Under the pieces are notes generated by a model. The model searched no databases. It saw only the letters and a program-made list of their open reading frames with translations, and was not told the origin of the DNA. This document shows positions 22,041-35,244 of a stretch of DNA of 64,000 bases, piece after piece. Each line of letters starts with the position of its first letter. Position 1 is the stretch's first letter. The position numbers and the translations under genes are program-made. The DNA comes from Macrostomum lignano. Taxonomy: Eukaryota. The stretch lies in contig NIVC01002767.1 of NCBI GenBank assembly GCA_002269645.1, positions 1 through 64,000 on the forward strand, in the 5' to 3' direction.

Positions 22041-24369
22041 ATAGACAGGGTTGCTATATCTTTAAATGTGATAGCAAAATATGTACAAGTAGTTCAATTG
22101 TATTAGACTTGTATTTGTTAAAATGTATTTTTTAAATTTACAAATGAGCTAGCTAGTAGGACTTATAATTGGTATTTTATATGCCTTTACATCCTTGTCA
22201 ACTTTTTATAATTAGTCAATACCTCCTACCAAATTATACTTGCTTTAATGAAATTGACAAACTATAAATCTTACAGCATACTATATTTGTATTATTGTAT
22301 ATCTACCTCATTCTCCTTATTTATCAAAATAATGTACATTGTTGAATGGTCTAATTGTTTATTCATCTAATAAATATAAATGCTATAACTAATGCCCTTT
22401 TGACTATCACCTTTGATCTATTGCCCTTTTGATTGATTCTCAGCCTATTAAATAGGCCCCTATGAAAATAAATTACAACATAACAAGGAAAGGTTAGGCT
22501 TAATTATCATTTAAAACTAGCAAGACATAAAAGATATGAACTTTTAAATGTTAAATTTTATGCATATATTTTTACTAGGGCTTATACAATAAATATTTAG
22601 ATTTGTTTGGCCATTTATTTAGAAAATTGCCATAGGCATAGCCATTAGCATAGGGATTTTTAATATTATATAGGCTTTTAATAATATAATAATTTATATA
22701 CATTAGTTGTTTTACTTAGCTATTGGGGGTTGGGGAAGAAAGGCAATTGCTTCCTTTAGATAGACTGAAAAATAATCCAAAAGAGGGACCCTAACATTTT
22801 TGCCAAAATATTAAGCAACCCTTTTGCCTTCTTCCTTTTTACTTTTTAAAATCTGTTCCCCCTTCATAAATTCCTAGGTATGCCACTTCCAAGTATCCAA
22901 CTATAGTAAGAGATTTTGCCAATGATTCTGTTAATCTCTAATGAATATAGGCAGCTAATGCTAGCACAGTGTCGCATAAATCTAGTAGTACTAATGTCCA
23001 TAGTGTGGTCTCCCTGTATAAAATCTAGGAGATGAATGGTTGCTTACCCAATAGGCTTGCCCTTAGGTAGCAAATGAGCTAATAGATTTTCTTGAGCCTA
23101 AAAGCAAGATATGTGGGCTGCAAAAAGTGCACAAAAATTAGGAAAAATTAGATCAAAGTCAATATATAGTATCAGTCTACTACAAAATGACACCTTTCCC
23201 TACAAAATGACACCTTTCCCTACAAAATGACACCTTTCCCTACAAATTTTCTATCTATTTTACTCAGTGGGCTGCATCAAATGCAAAATTGGAAAAGAGG
23301 GCTGTGGGCCACAGAATTGGCCTGCAGGCCACAGGTTGGGGACCCCTGGATTATATTATGCCATTTCGACTTAAATTAAATGTGGACTAAGTGCAAAAGA
23401 ATAATATAATGTATAATAGCAGTCTGAAAATTTATGAAAATAGCAAAAAGCTTGCTTATAGTAGAACAAGCATATGTCTGCATGAGACAAGAGCAACTGC
23501 TTGTCAATGATGTTTTGAACCATATTGTCCACTTTGGTTAGTTGCTTGTTCTTTCTATCACTTGCTCCTATCTTCTTATTGGCATTGATTTGGTCAAACT
23601 ATTTATTTGGCATCATGCGAGAATTTTGAAACTCTGTCTTCTTAGGGATATGGGATAGATCTTAAAGTGAAATGGTACAAGCTTGTTAAACCTGTAAAAT
23701 TTTGGCTGAAATTTAAAAGCAGCCTTGTAAGACACTCTTGCTTTGTAACTTGCACATTATATAACCCCCTACCTAAATTTTGCCTGCTCAAGGTTTGTGT
23801 CCCCTCTCTTCCTATTCCCTCTCCTCTCTCCTCACCTATCTTATCTCCCCTCTCTCCTCTCTCCCCTGCTCTTCCCTCATTTTCTCCATTTCTCTCCCCT
23901 CTCTCCTCTCATCTCCCCTCTCATTTCCCCTCTCCCCTCTCTCCTCTCTCCCCTGCTCTTCCCTCATTTTCTCCATTTCTCTCCCCTCTCCTCTCATCTC
24001 CCCTCTCATTTCCCCTCTCCCCTCTCTCCTCTATCCCCTGCTCTTCCCTCATCTTTTCCATCTCTCTCCCCTCTCTCCTCTCCTCTGACTCACAGTATGT
24101 GCTAGATTGTATACAAGTTTTTTTACATTGTTCTAATTATTCAAAACCAAAAAGTATGGAAATCTACATCAAAAGCTACAAACTACTCCATATTTCCATA
24201 GTCACAGCTGCCATATTGTTTACGATTTTATGCCAGCAAACACCATTTACAGACCAACTTGAGCAGCTCAATTTCTATAAACTCATTCCCGAGGTGTTGG
24301 CTCAGCAGCAGTTTAAATACTTATTTTAATTTCCTGTCACACCGGAGTTCACACCCAAGCGCCGCCGTC

Positions 24370-27300
24370 ATGGGCTGCACGCTGAGCGCGGAGGAGCGGC
24401 AGGCGCAGGAGCAATCCAAGACCATCGATCGCCTCTTGAAAGAGGACGGGGTCCAGGCTGCCAAGGACATCAAGCTGCTGCTACTTGGTGAGTCTCGCCC
24501 ATAAATTTCATTACAATACCGGCTCTCTGCTCAACTCCGTCGCAGCTGTTAGCACTACTCAGCTGTCGGGCTCGTTATCCCCTTTGCTCATGGGGAATTA
24601 GCGGAATTAGACTTGTCTCTCCCGCGGTCGGCTGTCTTCTCTCATCATTCACTCGCTCACTCTCTGCCCTACACACTCCAGTGCCCCACTTCCCGCGCAA
24701 AGTTTTTAGCGTGCTTGTGACAGCCTAATATCTTTTGGTGCTGCCTGCTCTGCTTTCCACTTTCTCTTCTCGCCTTCTTTGTAATATGCTGGTCTTGGCT
24801 GTCTAGCTTACATAGCTAGCATGGCTGTCACATCTACATGTATTTCAGTTAGTTAGCACACCCTGCATACATTGCATTACAGTAGCTTACATGTCTTGTA
24901 TACATTACATTACAGTAGCTTCCATGCCTTGTCTACATTACATTACAGCAGCTTCCATGCCTTGTCTACATTACATTACAGCAGCTTCCATGCCTTGTCT
25001 ACATTACATTACAGCAGCTTACACACCTAATGTATCCTTAACCCGTACTATCGGCAATGGCATCTGCAGTGCACGTTTCTGCACTCCGACTTCCGCTGCT
25101 AATTGCGCTTATCGCCACTATTCAACATGCTGTGTATGTGGGTGTCTATAATATATTTGCATATTACTCAACTAATGCTGGGCGTGGCGCCCTTGGCTTC
25201 TTCGGCCGCTTCCTTAACCCGCCCCTCCCCCTGGCGCCAATTTCCGCAGCCCAAGGCGGGATAGGAAAATTAGAATTGGGAATTCTACGCTGCCATCCGC
25301 CACTGCCTTTCTCTCTCGACTTCCTTCTCATTCCAGCTTCCTCCTTTGCTAGGCTTGTTGCTTCTAGGGGCTTCTTCACGCTGCCAGAGCGTTGCCTGTT
25401 ACACAGCAATATTATTTAGTGTTTCATACTTTCGATACATATTGGCCCACATAAGCGTTTCCTAGAAATCCACAAAGGAAATTACGCACGCTTGAAATGC
25501 ACTATGAAGCTGAAATCCCAAATCTATCCTACAATCTTGAGGCGGAGTGGCTCTGCTGAGTCGCTTTCTCAAGCTCGAAATTTCACAGAATCCAATTCGA
25601 TTTTAAGCTGGACAGAATTGCCCATGATCTCGCTGAAGGCGTTGTTCCTGCGAATTATATTCATAACTGGCCAACCTTACCAACCCTTTCAGGCGCTGGA
25701 GAGTCAGGCAAAAGTACAATTGTCAAGCAGATGAAGTAAGCATGTTTAAATGTCGACACAAATTTTCCGGCTTGTTTCGACTCTGTCCTTTTTCAAACTA
25801 ATTGCCCTCTTTTATCCAACCATTGCAGAATTATTCACGAGGGCGGCTTCACCCAGGAGGACAACAAGCAGTACAAGCCCGTGGTGTACAGCAACACCAT
25901 CCAGTCTCTGGTGGCCATACTGCGCGCTATGACCACTCTGGGCATCTCTTATGGCGACTCGGAGCGGCAGGTGTCTAAATTTTAGATGCTGCTTCTTTGA
26001 GATCATATAAGCTTGCTAGATCTACTTAGATTGAATTCATATATCTTTTGGATATCCCCATAGATCTTTGTGACATCTGTTAGATATTCCCATAGATCTG
26101 TTAGACATTCTCATAAATCTGTTAGATATCCCCATAGATCTGTTAGACATCCCCATAGATCTGTTAGACATTCTCATAAATCTGTTAGATATCCCCATAG
26201 ATCTGTTAGACATCCCCATAGATCTGTTAGACATTTTCCTAGATCTGTTAGATATCCCCATAGATCTGTTAGACATCCCCCTAGATCTGTTAGACATTTC
26301 CCTAGATCTGTTAGACATCCCATAGATCTGTTAGACATTTCCCTAGATCTGTTAGACATTTCCCTAGATCCTGTTAGACATCCCATAGATCTGTTAGACA
26401 TTTCCCCAGATCTGTTAGACATTTCCCTAGATCTGTTAGACATCCCATAGATCTGTTAGACATTTCCCTAGATCCTGTTAGACTTTTCCCTAGATCTGTT
26501 AGACATCCCATAGATCTGTTAGACATTTCCCTAGATCTGTTAGACATTTCCCTAGATCTGTTAGACATTTCCCTAGATCCTGTTAGACATTTCCCTAGAT
26601 CTGTTAGACATTTCCCTAGATCTGTTAGACATCCCATAGATCTGTTAGACATTTCCCTAGATCTGTTAGACATCCCATAGATCTGTTAGACATTTCCCTG
26701 GATCCTGTTAGACATTTCCCTAGATCTGTTAGACATTTCCCTAGATCTGTTAGACATTTCCCTAGATCTGTTAGACATTTCCCTAGATCTGTTAGACATC
26801 CCATAGATCTGTTAGACATTTCCCTGGATCCTGTTAGACATTTCCCTAGATCTGTTAGACATTTCCCTAGATCTGTTAGACATCCCATAGATCTGTTAGA
26901 CATTTCCCTAGATCCTGTTAGACATTTTCCTAGATCTGTTAGACATCCCATAGATCTTTTAGACATTACCATAGATCTGTTAGACTTCCCATAGATCTGT
27001 TAGACTTCCCATAGATCTGTTAGACTTCCCGTAGATCTGTTAGACATTTCCCTAGATCCTGTTAGACATTTCCCTAGATCTGTTAGACATTTCCCTAGAT
27101 CCTGTTAGACTTCTTGTAAGAATAGACCCGTTAGACTTCTGATAAAACAGACCTGTTGTTTCCAGGCGGACTCTCGCCTTGTATTCGACGTCATCGGCCG
27201 CATGGAAGACACGGAGCCCTTCTCAGACGAGCTGCTGGCCGCGATGAAGCGCCTGTGGGCGGACTCCGGCGTCCAGCAATGCTTTGGCCGTTCCAACGAG

Positions 27301-29343
27301 TACCAGCTCAACGACTCGGCCAAGTACTTCTTAGACGACTTGGACCGGCTTGGCGCCAAGGCCTACATGCCCACTGAGCAGGACATCCTGCGGACTCGAG
27401 TCAAAACCACCGGCATCGTTGAAGTGCACTTCGTCTTTAAGAATCTCAATTTCAAGTGAGCACTCGGTGCTCTAGCTTACTGCTAGATGATTATCGTTTA
27501 AATGCCATTTTAATCCATTATTCAAATACCGTTTCATCCTTTTTACAATCACAACCATTCACAGTCCAATCTCAACTATTCAGATCCCAATCCCAACCAT
27601 TCACATTCAAATCTCAACTATTCAGATCCCAATCCCAACCATTCACATTCAAATCTCAACTATTCACATTCCAATCTCAACTATTCACATTCCAATCCCA
27701 ACTATTCACATCCCAATCCCAACCTTTTACATCCCAATCCCAACCATTCACATTCCAATCTCACTATTCACATTCCAATCTCAACTATTCACATTCCAAT
27801 CCCAACCATTCACATCCCAATCCCAACTATTCACAATCCAATCCCAACCATTCACATCCCAATCCCAACTTCACAATCCAATCCCAACCATTCACATTCC
27901 AATCTCAACTATTCACATTCCAATCCCAACTATTCACATTCCAATTCCAACCATTCACATTCCAATCTCAACTATTCACATTCCAATCTCAACTATTCAC
28001 AATCCAATCCCAACCATTCACATTCCAATCTCAACTATTCACATTCCAATCCCAACCATTCACATCCCAATCCCAACCATTTACATTCTAATCTTAACCA
28101 TTCACATCCCAATCCCAACCATTCACATTCCAATCCCAACTATTCACATCCCAATCCCAACAATTCACATCCCAATCTCAACCATTCACATTCCAATCTC
28201 AACTATTCACATTCCAATCCCAACCATTCACATTCCAATCTCAACTATTCACATCCCAATCCCAACAATTCACATCCCAATCTCAACCATTCACATTCCA
28301 ATTCCATTGCAACACAAGTTTATTAGAATAGTCCCCTCATCTTCATCTCCAAGATTTTCTCAAAGGGCACGAAAAGAGGGGCCTGTCCTAGTCTCAGCCT
28401 CTTCCTTCATCATTTGTGCTCCCCAACAGGCTCTTCGACGTTGGCGGCCAGCGATCCGAGCGGAAGAAGTGGATTCACTGTTTCGAGGACGTCACCGCTA
28501 TTATCTTCTGTGTGGCTATGAGCGAGTACGACCAGGTACTGCACGAGGACGAGACCACTGTAAGTCTGATATAAGTAGTCGATACTACTATAGGTAGGCT
28601 ATAATATAAATTTATGCAGTTAAGCTAAGCTTGTATTTCCCCTACAATTTTAGAACCGCATGCAAGAGTCATTAAAACTATTTGACAGCATCTGCAACAA
28701 CAAATGGTTCACGGAGACTTCTATTATTTTGTTTCTCAACAAAAAAGATCTGTTCGAAGAGAAAATTAAACGATCGCCATTGACTACTTGCTTCCCAGAA
28801 TATTGCGGTAAGTCGCTGTTTATGAAATTGGCTTTACTTGGTACTAAACAAAATAAAATAATATCGACTTGGCTGAATACTCAGCTCAGCTCTGACAGGG
28901 TGTAAGTGTAATATAGTTCACTTTAGCCAATACATTAAAACTGTAAGTTTACCCGATATGTATCGAAAATCTATTTGCTCGATATGTATGAAGAATCTAT
29001 TTTGCCCGATATGTATCGAAAATCGATTAAACCCGATATGTATCGAAAATCTGTTTGCCCGATATGTATCAAAAATCGTTTTAACCGAAGTGTATCAAAA
29101 ATCTTTTCTCCGATATGTATCGAAAATCTATTTACCTAAATCAACCGCTCTGCAGGCAAGCAGACGTACGAAGAGGCCGCCGCCTACATTCAGGCCCAAT
29201 TCGAGGCCAAGAACAAGTCGCCGAACAAGGAGATTTACTGTCACCAGACCTGCGCCACCGACACCAACAACATCCAGTTCGTGTTCGACGCCGTCACTGA
29301 CGTCATCATCGCTAATAACCTGCGCGGCTGCGGTCTCTATTGA
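24370..29343 (+). CDS. GNAO1: G protein alpha-o subunit; exons 24370-24487, 25693-25735, 25829-25970, 27166-27455, 28430-28559, 28654-28807, 29156-29343 (354 aa)
   Basis: [42 protein letters not shown]-terminus NNLRGCGLY; exon sizes sum to 1065 nt with GT-AG junctions. Confidence 0.97.
24860..25020. repeat. 33-bp intronic minisatellite
   Basis: tacattacattacagcagcttccatgccttgtc, about 4-5 copies. Confidence 0.85.
26055..27110. repeat. About 21-bp intronic minisatellite agatctgttagacatttccct
   Basis: Fills most of G-alpha-o intron 3. Confidence 0.95.
27540..28305. repeat. 21-bp intronic minisatellite attcacattccaatctcaact
   Basis: Fills most of G-alpha-o intron 4. Confidence 0.95.
28950..29135. 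repeat. Intronic repeat ccgatatgtatcgaaaatc
   Basis: About six imperfect copies in intron 6. Confidence 0.85.
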
Positions 29344-29580
29344 TCTCAATGGATGTCTAGCTTATTGTTTTACACTCACTGGCATATGCATGCGTACGCA
29401 GTGATTTTATTGATCAATGATTCTCTTAATCGTTGTTATAATTATTGTTAAATCAAATACTATTGTTAGCTGTTGTTGCCGCTACCAGCCTTTGTGTCCG
29501 CGTTTCTATGGTGTGCACCTGTAGCTATAGCTCAGTAGTCGGACCGCCATGTTTTAGTGCCGCATTGAAATGCGAACTCT

Positions 29581-29905
29581 AGACTATTAGAGGGCAATGA
29601 CCGATTCAAAACTAAATTACTGGAGGGCAATGACCGATTCAAAACTAAATTTTAGAGGGCAATGACCGATTCAAAACTAAATTTTAGAGGGCAATGACCG
29701 ATTCAAAACTAAATTTTTAGAGGGCAATGACCGATTCAAAGCTATATTTTAGAGGGCAATGACCGATTCAAAACTAAATTTTTAGAGGGCAATGACCGAT
29801 TCAAAACTAAATTTTTAGAGGGCAATGACCGATTCAAAGCTATATTTTAGAGGGTAATGACCGATTCAAAACTAAATTTTTAGAGGGCAATGACCGATTC
29901 GAAAC
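29581..29905. repeat. About 32-bp tandem repeat tagagggcaatgaccgattcaaaactaaattt
   Basis: About ten copies. Confidence 0.92.
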
Positions 29906-30707
29906 TAGATCATTCATGAATCAATTTTTGTCGTGTCCATCAGCTTTTTAAGCTTAAAATTGTTGCACTTGCGCAAGTCCCGCCACGCTACAAATTTGTG
30001 TTCGATGTTGATCTTTTTGATACCCCCCCCCCTACGTTTTCCCCCAGCAGCACCGCTTTGTGGTTCCGCGTTCAATTCAGCCTATTCTTCGACTTAAGTC
30101 ATTAAAATTTTTGCTCCTAGAAGTTAGAGTCTAGTCTCCGCGCTGCGAAGCCAGCGAGGTCGGCAAAGCGTAGCAATGTTTATATTTCAGCCCGCAGCCG
30201 CCATGTCTGCGCCGCTCTACTAACAGTAGCTAGCAGTGCAAGTCTGGGTCTCGCAATATTCGTTTGGCTTTTTTTGCTGTCGCTTCTTTTTGTTGCCCAG
30301 TTGCGAAGTGGAAGCTATTGAAATCTCTGGTCTGTTTTACGATTAATAAGCTGCTTTTTTCCTCTTTATTGCAGACGGCCTTTTTCTATCGATTTGTTTG
30401 CGTTTTCATGGCCGAGAAATGGCGAAAAAACATGTTAATATATGTAGTACAGCTTGTGCAATAAAAGCCCGGCCCGCCCTCGAACTGATGCATACATATA
30501 TATTTATAATTGTAATAATTATTGTTCAATTTTATATTGTTCAAGTCCAGTGGCGGTGATTATTTATACAATATACAAATATTACAAGCATATAAAGTTA
30601 GTCAGTCTGAAAATTAGACGCTAAAAAATCATACTGAACGAGCCGTTCTTAGTTCCGTCTATTAATTTGAAGTAACAGCACTCGTTGCTAGGCTGTTGCT
30701 AGGCCGT

Positions 30708-30941
30708 TCAGCACATCGGCGTGCCGTCCATGGCGTTGACAGCGCAGAACAGCGGCAGCAGCACGCCCTGGTGCAGCAGGTCAACAAAGGCGGCGCAGGG
30801 CCCGCAGCAGGCTTTGGTGGGCAGCAGCAGCAGGAAGATGGGGAACAGCAGGAATGCCACCGGCCAGGCCAGCAGGATCAGCACCAGCAGCCACAGGAAG
30901 GTCCACAGGCAGGACAGGCAGTCGGACCGGTTGCGGCACAT
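30708..30941 (-). CDS. Small 77-aa Cys-rich membrane protein of unknown function
   Basis: MCRNRSDC..LWTFLWLLVLILLAWPVAFLLFPIFLLLLP..ACC..LPLFCAVNAMDGTPMC; GC-rich coding island. Confidence 0.65.
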   Translation of the reverse strand: MCRNRSDCLSCLWTFLWLLVLILLAWPVAFLLFPIFLLLLPTKACCGPCAAFVDLLHQGVLLPLFCAVNAMDGTPMC

Positions 30942-31659
30942 GCTTTGATGGCAGTTTCTCAGCCAGCACAGATGAGCAGCTGCCCAGCTCTCGCCGCGGC
31001 TCAGCCCAATATAAAAGCCCCCCACCTGCTGCGTCAGCGTGTTTGCCAAAGCCGTTGACTTGTCGGCCAGAGTAAACAAACAGTGCTCACCGGAGCATGG
31101 CAACCGCTTACTCAGCCGCCACCCTCCCACACATTCCGTCCACTTCTCATTCTATAATATTTGTAGTTTAAACAGAATAAAACAAAATCAGCTGCTGCTG
31201 CAAACCGCCTGCGGCTGAGTGATTTGGCCAGAGGGCGGGCAAAGCTCGGCAATTTGTATGCACAGCGCCGCTGTAATGCCCGTGTACTTCACTGTACGCC
31301 AGGCACTTGGAACAGTAAGGTGCCACAAAATATTAATAAATCTCTATTCGGGTTGGTCGGCGAAACTCGATAATCAAGCAATAAACAACACAAATGCTTG
31401 TCATAGGAAATCAACATTATGTTGCACTGCATAGTATATAATTGTTGGATTCTAAATTTAACTAGATATCCGCACCCAGTACTGGCAGTAGTTTAACTTC
31501 TTATCGGTGACGTAATTAATCAGCAGTTCACGCTATTCTCGTGTTTTTAGAAAAAGTACATGAACAAAAGGAGCCTGCAAATATTTTATAAACTAATGCG
31601 AAGTCGCATCAGTAATCAGGATACTTGGCCGCAACAAATGCACTGCTTATTACTTAATC

Positions 31660-31820
31660 TCTGGGACTGTTTGTCCCCTTATCTCTGGGACTGTTTGTCC
31701 CCTTATCTCTGGGACTGTTTATCCCCTTATCTCTGGGACTGTTTGTCCCCTTATCTCTGGGACTGTTTGTCCCCTTATCTCTGGGACTGTTTGTCCCCCT
31801 TATCTCTGGGACTGTTTGTC
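31660..31820. repeat. 24-bp tandem repeat ttatctctgggactgtttgtcccc
   Basis: About six copies. Confidence 0.9.
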
Positions 31821-31988
31821 CTCTTATTTGCAAACATCAAGCAGGAATATCATAATGGCACAAAGCAGAGGCAATAATCGCATTAGAGACAATTACAAAA
31901 AAATAATTTCTAACCTGAAAAATCTACTAAGGCTTAAAAGTACATGAAGAACTCGATAAAATATTTTAAAAACATAAAACCGGCATGC

Positions 31989-34900
31989 TCAGAAGGCGAA
32001 CGGCCGGTGGTCTATAAAACCGCACCGACCGTCCAAAATAAGATCGGCCAGCATTCGGCCAGTGGCCGGGCCGTTCAGAATGCCCCAACAGCTGTGTCCG
32101 GCCGCTACAAAAGCGTTGTGCTTGCCGGGCGCCCGGCCGATCAGTGGCAGGCCGCGCTCGGCCAGAGGCAGGTAGCAGGCCTGGCGGGCCAGGAGGCGCC
32201 CGCGACCCAGCCGGTCTGAGCAGGCGGCTGCCAGGCGCCACAGGCGGTCGCTGCGCTTCTCGTCTGGCTTCACCTGCGGGAACATCGGGAATTTCGAAAG
32301 CTACGTCTCAGGTGTCTTTGACAGCTACGTGTCAGGTGTCTTTGACAGCTAGGCGTCAGGTGTCTTTGACAGCTAGTTGTCAGGTGTCTGACAGCTAAGT
32401 GTCAGGTGTCTTTGACAGCTAGGTGTAAGGTGTCTTTGACAGCTAGGTGTCAGGTGTCTTTGACAGCTAGGTGTCAGGTGTCTTTGACAGCTAGGCGTCA
32501 GGTGTCTTTGACAGCTAGGTGTCAGGTGTCTTTGACAGCTAGGCGTCAGGTGTTTTTAACAGCTAGGCGTCAGGTGTCTTTGACAGCTAGGTGTCAGGTG
32601 TCTTTGACAGCTAGGTGTCAGGTGTCTTTGACAGCTAGTTGTCAGGTGTCTTTGACAGCTAGGTGTCAGGTGTCTTTGGCAGCTAGGCGTCAGGTGTCTT
32701 TGACAGCTCGTTGTCAGGTGTCTTTGATAGCTAGGTGTCAGGTGTCTTTGACAGCTAGTTGTCAGGTGTCTTTGACAGCTAGGTGTCAGGTGTCTTTGAC
32801 AGCTAGTTGTCAGGTGTCTTTGACAGCTACGTGTCAGGTGTCTTTGATAGCTAGTTGTCAGGTGTCTGACAGCTACGTGTCAGGTGTCTTTGACAGCTAC
32901 GTGTCAGGTGTCTTTGACAGCTAGGCGTCAGGTGTCTTTGACAGCTAGTTGTCAGGTGTCTGACAGCTAAGTGTCAGGTGTCTTTGACAGCTAGGTGTAA
33001 GGTGTCTTTGACAGCTAGGTGTCAGGTGTCTTTGACAGCTAGGTGTCAGGTGTCTTTGACAGCTAGGCGTCAGGTGTCTTTGACAGCTAGGTGTCAGGTG
33101 TCTTTGACAGCTAGGCGTCAGGTGTTTTTAACAGCTAGGCGTCAGGTGTCTTTGACAGCTAGGTGTCAGGTGTCTTTGACAGCTAGGTGTCAGGTGTCTT
33201 TGACAGCTAGTTGTCAGGTGTCTTTGACAGCTAGGTGTCAGGTGTCTTTGGCAGCTAGGCGTCAGGTGTTTTTAACAGCTAGGCGTCAGGTGTCTGACAG
33301 CTAGGCGTCAGGTGTTTATGATAGCTATATTTTAGGCGTCTGATAGTTAAAATTCAGGTGAGTTCCAGGTCACAGACAGTTGTCGTTAAGAGTCTTAAAA
33401 CTTAAACTACAGCCAGTTAAAATTAGTTAGCAAAAAACTTTGAAAAACTGTCAATATTCAGAATATCTACTTTAAGTAGAAGTTTAACGTTGAAGAATTT
33501 CAATCTAATCATTCTAATAATTCCTGATTAAACTGCAACTGGCGCCACACACGCACCAAATCGGAGGAGTCGGGCAGCGGCGGGTCGTCGCCCAAGCCGC
33601 AGACGTAGACGGTGCCGTCCGGCCTCGGATAGAACTCCGGCGACGCCCGGCCGGCGTCCATCTGGGTGAACAGGGCGTGCGGCGAGACCGGCTCTGCCGG
33701 CTGCACCACCAGCGAGTGGGCCCGGTGGCCGCGCACCTGCCCGGTTGGCTGGCTGAGCCACGCGAGCCCGGCGTCCGTCCACGGGCCCATGGCCAGCACC
33801 ACGGCCGAGCAGGCGATGGGCGGCTGGCCGCCGGACACGAGCACGTGACTGACGCGGAACTGGCCGGTGGCCGGGTCCGGCTCCGAGGACCACTGCAGGC
33901 CCGTCACCGTGGCAATGCGAACCTGAAAGAATAGCGCCACAATTTAATGAAAGAATGGCGCAACAATTTAATGTGAGAATGGCGCCACAATTTAATAAAA
34001 TAATGGCGCCACAATTTAATAAGCCAATGGCGCCACAATTTAATACAAGAATGGCGCCACAATTTAATACAAGAATGGCGCCACAATTTAATAAATGAAT
34101 GGAGCCACAATTTAATACAAGAATGGCGCCACAATTTAATAAAAGTAGAGCGCCACAATCTAATGAAAGAATCGCACCACGATTTAATGAAATAATGGCA
34201 CCACAATTTAATAAAAGAAGAGCGCCATAATTTAATAAGCGAATGGCGCCACAATTTAACAAAAGAATGGCGCCACAACCTTATCCAGAAATGAAGCTGG
34301 TTCTTCTCTTACCTCCGAGCCAACCAGCTCGGCAGCTTTGCGTGCCAGGGCGGCTGTCAGCTTGCCCGGGTGCACCTGCGCGGTGCTGCTCTGACTGCCC
34401 AGCAGGCCGCACTCGGTCACCCGGCCGGTCACCCAGTCGGGCAGGTCGGAAGCGCCGCTGTGCGATTGGCTGGAGTTGCCGAACACGACGGAAAGTGTGT
34501 CGAGACGGCTGCACAGGTGGGTAACGCGGAATTCTTTGATGTTAACTAGATTAGAAATCCATTCTATTCTTTCATTGATGTTGGCTAGATTAGCAATCCA
34601 TTCTATTCCTGCACCCATGATAGGCTAAATTAGCAATCCATTCTATTCCTTCATAGATGTTGGCTAGATTAGCAATCCATTCTATTCCTGCATCCATTAT
34701 AGGCTAGATTAGCAATTCATTCTATCCCCGCACCCATCCACACTGCAGTTTCCATGGCAATGCACCACAGCCCCACCAGCGCACCGGTAGTCAATGACAT
34801 CGGCCCCCAGCTCGCTGGCCAGTTCCTCATGCAACCGGAAGCTCTCCCGGGCCAGGCTGTTCAGCGCTCCACTGCACCAGTCCAGGGCGAGGAAGCCGCC

Positions 34901-35074
34901 AGCCTTGCCAGAGGCGGCGCTAGCAATGGATACTCGCTCCAGCAGGATGCTGCGCACTCCCCGCTTGGCCAGGTAGTAGGCCACCGAGCACCCGATGATG
35001 CCAGCGCCACAGATCACCACAGGTGCAGGTGAATCACCACTGGTTGCCTGCGCCTCCGACTTGGCAGCAGACAT
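31989..35074 (-). CDS. FAD-dependent oxidoreductase (DAO family, TDA3-like); exons 35074-34785, 34508-34280, 33922-33557, 32273-31989 (389 aa)
   Basis: VVICGAGIIG Rossmann motif, AASGKAGGFLA, VHPGKLT, YPRPDGTVYVCG, QACYLP, AGHSCWGILNGPATG; splice phases consistent. Confidence 0.9.
32298..33330. repeat. 24-bp intronic minisatellite gacagctaggtgtcaggtgtcttt
   Basis: Fills most of intron 3; contains a higher-order duplication of about 572 bp. Confidence 0.95.
33923..34279. repeat. About 21-bp minisatellite making up all of intron 2
   Basis: gaatggcgccacaatttaat units run from donor to acceptor. Confidence 0.9.
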
Positions 35075-35244
35075 AGCAGACTCAGAATCAAATGGAAAAC
35101 TGAGACAATTGTAATTGCAATAAGGCTATCTGCGCCTTGAGTTCAAACTTAAGATACCAAATTGAAAGCCTCTCTGAACCACAGAAGTTGCAGAAGTCTG
35201 CAGACTCCATGTTTACAAATTGAAATTTGAATTTTTCTAATTGG

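Noticed and set aside
23667-24329. 220-aa Ser/Pro/Leu ORF
   Set aside because: CT-rich low-complexity DNA with an internal duplication; no coding signature.
26037-28091. Repetitive ORFs in G-alpha-o introns
   Set aside because: Products of stop-free minisatellite units; the spliced gene is complete without them.
32406-34278. CQVSLTAR and LLNCGAI repeat ORFs
   Set aside because: Intronic minisatellites of the oxidoreductase gene.
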